Positions 35,162-48,120 of a stretch of DNA of 64,000 nt are shown in pieces. Each line of letters begins with the position of its first letter. Positions within the stretch are counted from its first letter, which is position 1. The notes below the pieces were generated by a model. That model was not told where the DNA came from. It searched no databases and worked only from the letters and a program-made list of their open reading frames with translations. Where the stretch lies: assembly GCF_002105155.1 (NCBI RefSeq), contig NW_019028979.1, positions 744,001-808,000 on the forward strand, written 5' to 3'. A program made the translations under genes and the position numbers. Source of the stretch: Lobosporangium transversale. Its lineage: Eukaryota.

Positions 35162-38011
35162 GAGTTTGATCAATTAGACATGCAAAAAGCAAGAAAAAGT
35201 AAGAGGGGGAGGCAAATTGCAAATGCAAATATAAAAAAAAGGCTCAAAGGTCAGATATAGAAAGAGAGAGAGAAAGAGAGAAACACACATTGGTCACGCG
35301 TGTCAGTTTCTAGTTTATATCATCCATGCAACACATCCCCCTTCCTTTCTCCTCTCTTCTGTCCTCCCCCGCTTGTGCTCGCAACTGAAATTGTCTGGAC
35401 AATTTTATTGCGATCGCTTGTTGATTAAAGAAGCGGCTCGCAATAAAAAAAATTTTTTTTTGTGATTTTTGTACTAGAGAGCAAAAGCTTAACAACAGTC
35501 GATGATGACTTTCCGCAGGATCTAGGGGGAAGGTGGGGGGAGTAAAATGTCAAGGAAAGAGACAGAACGCGTACGGCTTGGCTTAGAAAGAGAAACAAAC
35601 GCAGAGAGCCGATTAAGAGCGAGCTGTTATTATTAATTATTAATTCTTATTATTAGTCGTAGTAATAGTATATGTCAACCGAACAACCAACATTTTGTTG
35701 GTCGGTTGATCGGTTGGGTGCCGCATTAAGATTCTTTCGCTTATTGTTTCCAAAGAAGGAAAGTGTTTCTCACTGCACCGCAAAAAAAAAAAAAAAAAAA
35801 AAAAAAACAAACATCAGTAGAAAAGGTTTCCTTCTCCCTCGGAAGGCTTGACTTGGCTGCGGATGTGCAATTGCCGTTTTCCGCGGCTGATTTGTATTTC
35901 GTGTTGATTCATTACTTCTCCCAATTGTCTTTCTTTTTTCTTTTTTTAGTTGTTTGTTGGCGTTGTTTCTTACCCCTTTTTTATTGGACTTGCTAAATCT
36001 CGACATTAGTCAGTCAATTAGCCAGCGCAGTAAGGAAAGAAAGCTTTGCCACCTTTTTTTTTTTTTTTTCCTAAACGTTGTTATATACATGTCTTACAAA
36101 AAGAAGACACGAGGAATGGGTCGGATGGCATCATTGACAAGGGTCTTGTTCAATTTGGTTTAGCAATCGTGACGGATATACTTTTTTATTTTACTATCGT
36201 CGTCAAAAAAAGGGTCAACCCCCCATATCCTCGCGGTTTAAATTTTACTTCTTGGCAAAATGCTGTATTCAATGTTAAAAAGAGTCATCCTTTCACAGAC
36301 GGATATATATATTCCCCTTCCCTTCCCTTTCTTTCATTGTTGTCATCACGAGGGAGATTGAAAACAAAAAAAAACATTGACACGTTCTTCATTCTCAGCC
36401 TTTTATTATTATTATTATTTTTTGGCGCGAAAATACTTTTTTTTTGTTTTTTTTTCTCTTGCCTACCATAAATATCCTGTTGATTTGTCATGCGATGCGA
36501 AGAACAAAGCAAAGAAGGAATAAGAAAAAAGGCGGACTTACTTTGCGGGCCTATAACGTGAGTCAGTTAGGGGAGAGGGAAATGAGAAAGAATCGGAGAG
36601 AATAAAAAAAAAAAAAAAAAAAAAAAATATTGAGAGCACGAGACATTTTTCTTTTCCCTAAAACATTGACAAGTGAAATAATGCAAAGTATTAGGAATAA
36701 GCATGTATATACTGTAGAATCACAATCCGTAAGATAATCCTCTCATCAATCAATCGATAATTGGATCTAATACCAATAGAAAGTGTCAACGCAGTTCAGT
36801 TGACATGAATGTTTTTCTTTTTTCTTTTTTCTTGCAGAGTTGAATGAGGTTCGAGAACGTTCAAGATCATCGTAGACCATTTCTCTGCACATGTGCTGTA
36901 CATGGATTCAAGTATATAATGAAATAACCTTTTTTTTTTTTATTCTTCTTTTTCTTCTACTTTGTATGTGTATACATTTGTAACCAATGCTTGGCTCCCA
37001 ACATATTACCCGAAGATTATTTTTTTTTACCTTTATTGGGGAGGATGTCCAGAATCTGTCAAACATCCTTGGCACACATCCTTATTTTCTATTTGCTCTT
37101 GTGTCTTTTGTCGGGTCTCCGAAGAATACATGATCCATGTAGGATAAAAAATGTGTAACAAAGAGCAAAAAAAAAAAAAAAAAAAAAAAAAACTTCTTGG
37201 AAAACGCTCCAATTAGCGATCAAAAAAAAATCCTTTCACTCGAATGGTTGCAGAAGGATGAGAGGAATCAGGGGGGAGGAGGCTAGAGCCTGGGGGGGGG
37301 GGGGGTTGGTCGTTGTGGATGGAGTATATACATGTGCATATGTGTGTGCGTATATTTGGTATATTTGTGCATCTTTTGTTCCTGCAGACAGGTTAGAACG
37401 AACGAAAGAAAGAGAAGACACAAACCAACCAATCAGCTCATCCCTGGACTGAAGGAATCTTTTATTGCTTCTTATGACTCCGCCTCAATACAATATTCAA
37501 TCCAATAGGACTAAAAAGACTAACATTTTCTTTGCGTTGTTTTCTCTCTCTGAGAAAATGAGAATAAAAAAAAAACGTGGCAAACTTTAAACAACTCTTT
37601 CTCGTCTTCTGTTTGGTACCTCACTGACCCCTCTCTTCTCTCTCTCTCGTACTATTGTCATCCTTTCGGGTTATAGTTCTTGTCGTCTAAATATTTTTGT
37701 GGGGGGACATGATTGGTTAATTAGTTTCTTCCGGTGCGCTAATATCTGTAATAATTGTAATATATAACTCTAATAACTTGTATAATATATATATATATAT
37801 ATTTATATTCACAGGTTGTTTTCTTCCATCCCCCCAATAAACGATTAGAAAGCTTGTGGTTAGTTAAGAAAAAAAAGAAAAGAAAAGAAAAAAGAAAGCT
37901 AAATGGGGGATACTGGACATGAATATACATTTATATATATATATATATATATATCTATATATATACATATAATATAACATATTCTATTACACATAACGAG
38001 TCGACCCCAGG

Positions 38012-38044
<33 letters not shown>

Positions 38045-39449
38045 GGACTTCACTTTCATGTGTCGGTTATTCAGAAAGGCCGTTTCTTTTTTTTTTTTTT
38101 TGTCATCAAGTGTAATATAGTTTATAAACTTTTTAACGGTCGAGTCATGTTTGTTCTTTCTTTTTTGGGTTGTTTCTTCACTTTATCGAAAGATACCATT
38201 TTGAGAATAGGGATCATCTTGATTGACATCTTGTTAGTCCATTGAACAGACTTGATTCTTTCTCGCTCATTCTTTTTCTTTTCTTTCCTTTTCTTAAATC
38301 CCTTGACTCCTTGACTCTAGATGATCCATGCAGTCAATGTAAACCTTAGTTTGAAATAAAAAAAAAAAATCATTGATTTGATCCATATCAATGGTGTTAT
38401 ACTAAGAAACCACATACATGAACAACTTAATCATTACAATTAGTTCGAATTTTGATTCATTTGTAGGATTCGCGTCTTTTATGATATGCAAGAATAAAAA
38501 TAAAATCTCTTTTGCATAGACTGTCGTGCTTTTTCGTCCTAAAGTGATGAAAGTATGATCGGATAAAAAAATGTAAAGTAAAATAAAGACAGAGACAATA
38601 TGTTCTTTAAAAGCCCCTTCTCTGTTCCTTTTTTTTTTTTTTTTTTTTCCTTCTTCTATGCCTGTTAATGTTCTGGACACGTTTTTGCAATGGTCTATGG
38701 TAAGGCATAAATCGTGTAGATAGTATAGACGGTGGTCTGCTTCTATTTTTTCCTTTTTTTTTTTTTTAAGAAGAAACAAAAACGCGATTGTGAGCAGAGG
38801 CAAAGGTGGCGGATATGCTTCAAGTTGCCTCAGTATTCCATGATGCTCCGCGGGAAAGGGTAGGAGCCCGATATCTTGATATATAGTACGTACATGTACA
38901 TGAATATAACAACCACACCACAGCAATTTATAACAATAACAAACATTCCGTAAAGGAGCACAGCGCTCAGGTGTTGTTTTTAAATAAAAATAAGAAATCC
39001 ATCTTTCTCCTTTTTCTTCAAGCTTTGCTTGCCTAACTCAGGGGGGGGGGGGGGGGGACAGCAACCAAAGATCCAAAAAAAAAAAAAAAAAAAAAAAATG
39101 AAGGAAACCGATCAAATCGCGTTTGCGCATCTTTATTATATACACATGTATCTACATGTAGACTTCAATGTGTGCCTTTTTTATAAGCTTATTTAAATGT
39201 TGAATGCACAATAGACGCAGGATATGCAAGGCATAAGGATGTTCCAGACAGATAACCGTTTAAGGAAAGGAAATATTGCTTCGCCTGTATACGCCAGCTC
39301 TCAGAGCCAGAAGCACAGCGGGGTTCAAGTTAAAAGTCCGAACTGCAATGTGGTATTGGGGATAATTGTGTCAAAACCATTTCGATTGGAAGATACCCTT
39401 TACAAGGATCGTCAAACCACTCTCCTTGTCGCGTCTTTATGATCTCTTT

Positions 39450-39483
<34 letters not shown>

Positions 39484-42400
39484 CCTGTCCCTCTCTTGGT
39501 TAGGTCAATATTAAATGAGAAGCATGATAATGTAGACACGGATCAAGAAAGGACCGTATCGTATCAAAACTTGGCGCAAAATAAAAACAAAAAGGCACTC
39601 TTCTGTCATGCACGTCAAAAAAGAAGTGTTTTTTTTTTTTTTTTTTTTTTTTTTTTGCCGTTTTTTTGCTTTCCTGCCTTTTTTCTTTTCCTTGTTCATT
39701 GCATTTGCCTGATTCCATGCTGCTCTTAAGACCCACAATTGCACATATGCACAATACATGCAAACAACGAATGCTATTGTTCCATACTCAAACACTCAAA
39801 CATACGCGCATATAGACATGTACATTCATGTGCACACATAAAACACATACACACAAATAAAAAGATCATGGTCCCTCCCCTGAAAAATAAAAAAATGACG
39901 AGTGGCAGGACCTCGCCTTTTTTCTTTGCATTAGTTTGTTCAGTACATGTTCAGGGAACTGGCAGGCTTATACTTTTTTTTTTTTTATCCGAATATCAAT
40001 AATATTGATCTTAATTGGACGATTAGAAGGAAGAATGAATGGGCGAAGTGGTTTTTGTTTTTATTTTTCTGACACATGTACATCTTCGATCATATATTTT
40101 GCATTATTGGCATTTTAGCCATGTCTTGGAATTTTTTTTTGTATTGTTCTTCGCCTCGCATCTCGCATCCAAGAATGGAATAAGAACAGTTGGAGAGCTG
40201 GTGTGTCATTTAAACAGGGTGAAAAAAGAAAAAAAAAAAAATTGGGGGCTCACTAACACAATCCTCACACTCTATAATTGCACAGAATCGTACATCATAC
40301 ACAAACCTCACTAGACTAGATCTATCTCTTGTAAAATAATTTGTCCTTTGTTGGTTATTCCGCTCTGAAAGGAGGTCCTGTCAAAAAAAAAAAAAAAACA
40401 AAACCACAAATGGTCCTTTATTTTACATGCTCCGCTTGTGGATATCCATTCGTTCTGAAATTAGTCTATTTATTATTCATCATTCTTCATTTTTTTTTTT
40501 TGTTTTGTTTTTTTTATAGACATTTTTCCATGTGTTTATTGTCGAAACAATCAAGGAAGCGCTCTTCATCAATTCATTCATGACAATCTTAAAGATAGAT
40601 AGACACTGCAATATGTACTATAGCATCCAATGCTTGATTGTTTTTATTATTTTTCCAATAGAGTCATTTTTTTCTAGTTCTCTGTAGTTCTCAACGTTTC
40701 ATAGGATGGTTTATTATACACACCATAATGTCCCCAAGCATCCTTCTACATATTAAAACGTTACGACACTTGGGAGCCAATTGATCTAATAAGGGAGATA
40801 CAATAAACATTAAACTGAGGAAGTCGACAGTGTTTACAGTGACTATAACAACAGCAGCAACAACAATACGTTCCCTTCTCTTTTCTACAACGCGCTGCTG
40901 CGTGTCGGTTGTTGCCCTAGTCTATTTTGGTCCGTGACAGCCAGCAGACTATTATTGGTCACTAAAATAACGCTGAAATAGATAGCGCCAAAACAACAAT
41001 GGGATTGTTTGGTAGCTCAACGTCTTGATCGAGTCCAACCAATGTCTACAAGAGGCTCAGCTTCAATTGGGCGAAGACTTTTTTTTTTTTTTATTTTTAT
41101 TTTTTTGCTCATTTGCCCCCTCGATTCGTTCGCCTTCGCCTTGCAGTCAATTGACCTTGCTCTTCTGTCTGTTTTCCTGTCAATCTGTCTGCCCATCCAG
41201 TGTGTGCGTTGTTTTTTTCATCCAGACTAGGCTATAGTTGGTATGAAAAAAATGCCCTTTGAAAGTAATGCTCTCTGCCTACATACGAGCCTGCCTTGGT
41301 CAACCTTGATCTGTCTGATCTATCTATCCTGTACTGTCTTGTGTTCATTCTTTATTTTCTTTTTCTTTTTTCCTTTTTGGTTTTACTTGTTATCTTTTCC
41401 TCTTCTGTTTTACTCTTTATGCCCGGGTGCATGTACTGTATCTTTTTTTTTTTTTTTTCATCTGATGTTTACTGAGCCGGCTCCCGTCCGGACTATGGTA
41501 ACTTGATGATGTTTTATTATAGATCAGTTGATGCTTATTCAATAATATACATATATATACTTTTTTTAATTTTACTGACACTTTTTTTTTTTTTTTTTTT
41601 TTTTACAAATAATTTATTCCCATGTCGTGGACCAATCACAATGAATGAACCCTTTTTTTTGAGCAAGCTTATTTTAATATTCCAAGCTTTTTTATGTTTT
41701 AGCTGCAAGGTCCTGCAAGTCCCACAGACAGGACAAACAGAACAAACAGGACAACAGACAAAGCAGACAGCAATTGGGTTCACATAGTTTGATCCGGTTC
41801 ATTCACTTTTTCCACCTTTCCTCTCCTTGCCACCTTCACTTTATCTATTTAGCACACATATTATACTGTATTTTTATACAGATATACACACTTTTCTCTC
41901 CTTTTTTTTTTTTTTTTTTTTTTTTTTTCAACTGTTTTTTCTTTGTTCCGGGTATCAGGGTAACATAAAAATAATTATTAAAAAAAAAAAAAAAAAAAAA
42001 AAGAAAAGACCCTGCTAAGATAATTTGGGTCAAGAAATTAAAAAAGAATGAGAGCAGAAACATATCAACTCGATCACTTCTTTTCTTTTTTGTATTTAGT
42101 AAATAAAACGCGGACTAGTAGATGAACCTATCGCATTAAGGTGGACTAACAATGTGTATTCCGAGCAAGTGAGCTTTTTTTTATTTTTATTTTTTTATTT
42201 TTTTATTCACCATTTGTATGAATCTGTCGAAAGGAAATGAAAGAGGGAGAAAGAGGGAGAGAAAGGGAGAGAAAGGGGCTCTTGGTAACATGTGCATACA
42301 CCTTCATTTCTCTCAATTCCTTCATGTGTATAATCTATTCATCTATTTGTCCATTTGTCTATTCATCTATTCATCTATTCATCTATTCACCTGCCGAGAC

Positions 42401-42975
42401 TATTGCACAACACCCTCCGGGTAAAAATTAAAAAAAGGAGCGTTGAATGGTCAGGTCGCCTGATCAGATGGATCTTTTAATTTGTACAAAAAGATTTTCA
42501 TTCATCATTAAAGGATATATTAATTTCCATGTTTCGACCACAAAAGGCTCTTTGTTGGGAAACATTGAGACGCGAATTATGGAGCATCCATAGAATTGAT
42601 GGAGACGGCGAGGAAAGGGGAAGGAGCAGGGGGAGGAGGAAAAAAAAAAAAAGAGACGGGTCCCCACGTCCTTCTTCTTCTCCATCCCATCCCATGTCCA
42701 TGTCCATGTAACATTAAGATTTAGCGACAGAGCAAGGATACTTGGATGGCTATCAAAAATAGTTCTGTGCGATGTTGTTTTTTATTTTGTTGGAGTTACT
42801 GTTGGAGTAGAACCGAAAATGAGAGAGACAGAGGGAGTATACATAATCTAAAACTGCGACACATTGGCAATGCGAGCACGCATCGTCCGGGCACCTTTTT
42901 TTTTTTTTTTTTCCTTTTAAAAATATATTTTTATAATGCATAAAAAAACATTAATGCTGTTGGCCCGTTGATTTG

Positions 42976-43006
<31 letters not shown>

Positions 43007-43140
43007 CATTGTTAAGGTTGCCTTGTATACCTTATTAGGAAATTGACGCTCTAGCGTCAATTACCGTATTTGTTTAAAAGTTAGTAAATAATAAAAATAA
43101 ATTAATTAAGACCGTTATTTTTTTATTTTCTTTTTGCTGA

Positions 43141-43171
<31 letters not shown>

Positions 43172-43300
43172 GTTCATTTCATTTTATTAAATTCTCAGAA
43201 TCATACAGCTCTGTTACTCGGGGATATTTCGATGTGGAGGAAATTGCAATAAGAAAAAATTGCCTTAAAACAGTAACAATGTGGTCCATTTATCTTTTGA

Positions 43301-43347
<47 letters not shown>

Positions 43348-44194
43348 AGACGTAACCTGTCTATCCCGGTTCCCGGGCCATAAACAAACAAGGGTAATTA
43401 ACCTTTCATGATCGACTTTGTCTTGGTCGAAAGTGCGTGTTACAAAAAAAAAAAAAAAAAGATGCTTGGCAATGTATGTACATGTATAAATATATATATA
43501 TATATATGTAAATAAACAAATAAGCGGGCGCGTGACCACTTCAAGACATGGTGCATGAAACGAGGGTAGGTTGGGGGTTGAGAATTGGGAGTTGGGAGGC
43601 CAAAGCGTATCCGGTAATTGGCTTTTTTTTTTTTTCTTGGTATAACCGGAAATTGGGCAAAAGAAACAAAGAAGAAAAGAAAAATGAGAAAAATGAGAAA
43701 AAAGAGAAGGGCAAGGCATCTGTGCCATGTCAAGACTGCGGCGTAACTTCCCTATCCTCCCTCCCCCTTCTCCCTTTTTTCTTTTTTCATTTATTGAATC
43801 CGTTTGAATGAAAGCTCTGCTGATTTTTTTTTTTTAAAAAAAAAATCTCTATCTGGGTCCTTCCGTTAAGCTTACTGAAGTCATTGGAGGAAAAAAAATC
43901 TATATGCTGCGGAGTGCGGAATCTTCGCATTGCTTCCTGTGGCAACAAGAGCAATTAGGACAAAAAAAAAAAAAAAACTAACAGAGATCTGTAATCGTCT
44001 ATGACATTTTTTTTGTCGCGTAAACAAATTATTAGCTATAAATCCCCAACAATTGTTCCTGAAATCTCTCCCTCGCCAAGAAACGTACGGGTCTATAGAG
44101 AGAGAAAGAGAGAGAGAGGGATATGGTCTTCCCACAATGAGGTCCAGCAGCCCTGCATACCCTTTGACTACGCCCATCCATAGATGTGAGAAAT

Positions 44195-44227
<33 letters not shown>

Positions 44228-44808
44228 CGAATATATTCTCCTCAAAGCCTTATTGCTTGTGAACTAGATGCAACTCTGTCAAGGAAGTTCAGTATTCCGT
44301 ATCCAGGTATGCCCATCATGATTCCCTTAGCTGCTAGATGCATTATTCATTGTCCTCAATACACCATAGCAATTTAACGGCAATAGCGCGTCAATTGCAT
44401 ATATGACCAAGTTGAAGAAGCGAAAAACCAGTTTATCATATGGGTATTTCTTGATTCTGCCCAATATCTAAAAAAGAAAAAGATAATTTGGACCACGAGA
44501 CTATACGTTTATTTATTTATATTTATATTTATATTTATATTAATATAAATACAACAATAGCCACTCTAGACACAGCCTTTGCTTGGGCTGAAGAAATGGC
44601 GGCGGCAACAAGCCTTAGAGGCTGTGGCTTTTACGAGGTCTAGATAAGCTTTTTTTTTTTTTTTTTTTTACTTCAAATGATCCACTCGGTCCGCAATACC
44701 CTGGGCCTCATTAATATCAACGATTAACTAAAATGAGCATAATGGCCCCTGAATCGCAGAGTAGAAAGACTTTTGGCAAAGTGCACTTTTGCAGTTGTCG
44801 CGTCTGCG

Positions 44809-44841
<33 letters not shown>

Positions 44842-45227
44842 AGCTCATGGCAAGTGGCTCGTTGAGGCCTGTGGGCAAATTATCTTGATCGTATATTTAT
44901 CGCGATCAATATGATGACATGGGAAATCTCCATGACCCTTGCCAAGAACTACTGTGGAAGTACACCCAAGCAAATAGTAAAGCCCTATGGATGTAGCAAC
45001 CCCCCTCAGCAAATTATAGCATTATGGTGTATCGAAAATCGATTTCTGGTCGACCAGGGAATGTCTGGAGCATCATATTTTATTTTTGAAAGAGGGTTAA
45101 GCGATGATGGGATTGAAAAAGGGGAAAGGGGGGTCAGAACAAAGAATAAACAAATGGTCTATTTTCATGGCTTGATTCTTTCTGCCACTTGGCTATTTCC
45201 CCGCAAGAAGCTTAGTATAACGGACCT

Positions 45228-46484
45228 TTAACTTCCAATCTTCTCGCGAACCAAGGCCTCACTAGATTTCCACAATTCCTCTTGGAACCCCTCGTCAAGC
45301 GCGGATGGACCTATGGTGAAAAAAAGGAAAAAGGAAAAAGAAAAATTTATTGTCCAGTTCGTAAAGACAACTTTAAACCAACAAAACATTACACACTCAT
45401 GAAAGAAGATCTACCTTACTTACTTGGATTGAGCTCATTAGCAATGGGGATGAAGTATCGTCCACGAATATCCATACTCTCGACCTCTGGACTTGTAGCA
45501 AGGTACAGCTGGGTCAGGCAAGCCATTTTGGGGTCCTTAGCCACCCATCTGTTCATGAAGTCAGCAAGCTTTCCTGCTAAAGTTCCATAAACATCTTTAG
45601 TATGACGAGAGATTGCTGTATTGGTATAGCCAGGCTCCGCAATGTTGACGTAAACACGCTCTTTTGACAAACGACGGGCTAGAGCTTTACCAAACAAAAG
45701 GTTTGCAAGCTTGGAACGGGCATAGCGCTGAACAACGTTGATGTTGGTCACGTCATTCAATGTCTCAAAATCAATTCCCCCAGGAGGATGGACTTCATGG
45801 CTCATGGAGGAAACGATGACAATCCTTGAAGGCTGCGATTCTTTGATACGTTCCAGTAATGCGGTGGCGAAAACAAAGTGCCTGCCAAGAGAGAAGATGA
45901 GAAAAATGCAGATGGAGAACAATGAGTATTATTTAGCTCGAAGGCTCAAACTTTCATTTCTTCTCTTTTTTTTTTTTTTTTTTTTTTTTGTATAAGAATG
46001 CTTTCTTTAATGTTCTTTACCCCATGTGGTTAACTGCAAATTGAGTTTCGATACCGTTAGCACTAAGTTCAAAAGGAGTCAAATTGATGCCAGCGTTGCA
46101 AATCAAAATATGAATGGGTAGATTCTTTGCTAAAAAATTCCTTGCTGAATCACGAGCTTTAGCCATGTCGTTAAGATCCAGTTCTAAAAATTCAAGCTTT
46201 GGTTCTGTTTTTACTATCTCTGTTGATAAATGAGCAAGCACCTCTTTGATATCCTCCTTGGCTCGTTTGATAGCGTCCATAGCTCGCTGCTGACTCCTGC
46301 AGGCGAGAAAGACATGTGCGCCATGAGCAGCCAGAGCAACCGTGGATGCATAACCAAGACCACTGTTAGCTCCCGTGACGATGGCAACTTTGTCTGTCAG
46401 GTCCGGAATCTGTTTATGAGAATACTGGTTTGGGGTTATAAAGGTCTTCCAGTATTGGAGCCTGAAAAATGAAGAGGCGAACAT
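45228..46484 (-). CDS. Short-chain dehydrogenase/reductase (retinol dehydrogenase/WWOX-like), ~334 aa
   Basis: Exons 46484-46021, 45881-45424 and 45310-45228. TGANSGLG cofactor motif, ILICNAGI, QFAVNHMGHF, SRIVIVSS, catalytic YARSK. Confidence 0.95.
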
Positions 46485-48120
46485 TTTTTTTTATGCTTCC
46501 AATCAAAATATTGCTTGATAAGAGTGAAGACAAAAAAAAAAAATTCAATCTCTTTTTGTCGGAGAATAAGCTACATGTTGCCACCAAATTTGTCCTGTCA
46601 CGAGACTTCGCGTTTTTTTTTTTAGACGTTGCAATAAAAATAAAAAGCTTAATGCAAACACTTTACGAGATACATCAAAGATGTAGGACAAAACCGAGCA
46701 TCAACATCAGGCGCTCATGCAATTACATCTAACGGTCTTTTTTTCTTTTTTTTTTTTTTTTTTAGCCCCTTGATTATTTTTTGTCAGAAAGGATAGAAAA
46801 AGCGACTAAAATGAAGAACGATGGTTGGTTCAAGTATGTCGTCAAGAACTCTTCTGCATCTGGGACATCGGTATTTCATGAAATAAAGGTTTGCATAGAC
46901 AATGTGTGAGCTTGTGAAGGCAAATGAGCGTTTACATTTTATCAAGCATGGCCTTCTCAAACTCGAACCCTCTTTTTATTGCTGCAGTTAGTTTACATAC
47001 TTTGTAATGTCTCTGCTATTAACGCTATCAACTCTATTAAGTGTTCTTATTCTTGTTCTCGTTTTCTTTTCCTTGCAGCTTCAAGATGATGAGTAAGCTG
47101 GAAATAGGAGTGATTATGCTGAACTTAAAGATGGACGGGATAGAAAAAAGAGGGGATGGAGACGAGGGGATGGAAAACGAGGGGATGATTTTGTGGGGTG
47201 ATCACGGCTATCTTTCTCCTGATTTGTGAGCACACTTTTTTTTTTTTTTTTTTTTTTTTTGCTAATCCATCATTGCTTCCTCCTTCCTATTCCTTCCTTT
47301 CTCCTTCTTATTGTCCCTCTCACAAAAAGAAAAGACGAAGGTAGTGGGCTCGACTTGGTTGCTATTATATAGAGTGCCGAGCATACACTTTTGCTCATCT
47401 GTTCATGATTAGCATTGTCTTGTAAAAATAAGTTGTAGAAATAAAATGAATTGAATAAAATAAGCAACTCGACAGCATTTAACCGCACAGTTGCACGGTT
47501 GCACGGAAAAACATTCTTTTCTCTCTCTCTCTCTTTTATTTAAACTTGTAAGCTCATCGTTCGTTGTCATTTCTTATTTCCCGAGAATGACTATGTAATT
47601 TTACTTTTCAGTACATCGATCATTTCACCCATCCTCTACTTCCTCTGTTTCTTCCCTCTTACTCTTTCATTTTTCTCTTGCGATTTCACTCTTTGGCTGT
47701 CGACTAGCCTGTAACTTTAGCAAATGTCCTCTAAACTTTAACTTTCGAGAACCTGATAATTTTAGTCCATCCCCCTTACTCCAAACTTTCACATATGATT
47801 CTGGTCCTCATTCTTGAATTGACCACTCCCAACAGGTATCTATGGTAAGGAGACACCAAAAAAAGAAGAAAAAAAGGGAAAAAAGAAAGAAACTCAAAAA
47901 AACAAAAAAGCGAATAAAAAAAAAGTAGCAAGTAACACCACAAAAAAAAAAAAAAAAAAACCACAGACATTAAAATACTTCAACACGACGTGTCTCATCC
48001 TCCCTACATTATCATTGCCTCCATTTTATCAAAGACCCTGCAAAAACTTTAAGAGAAAAAAAAACTTAAAAGCAGATCTTGCTAGGCCTCCCTTTCTTAC
48101 CATCAGAGAAACAAAAAACC

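Noticed and set aside
44560..45070. Homopolymer-poor, coding-looking patches downstream of the SDR gene
   Set aside because: Only short ORFs with no recognisable motifs or consistent splice structure.
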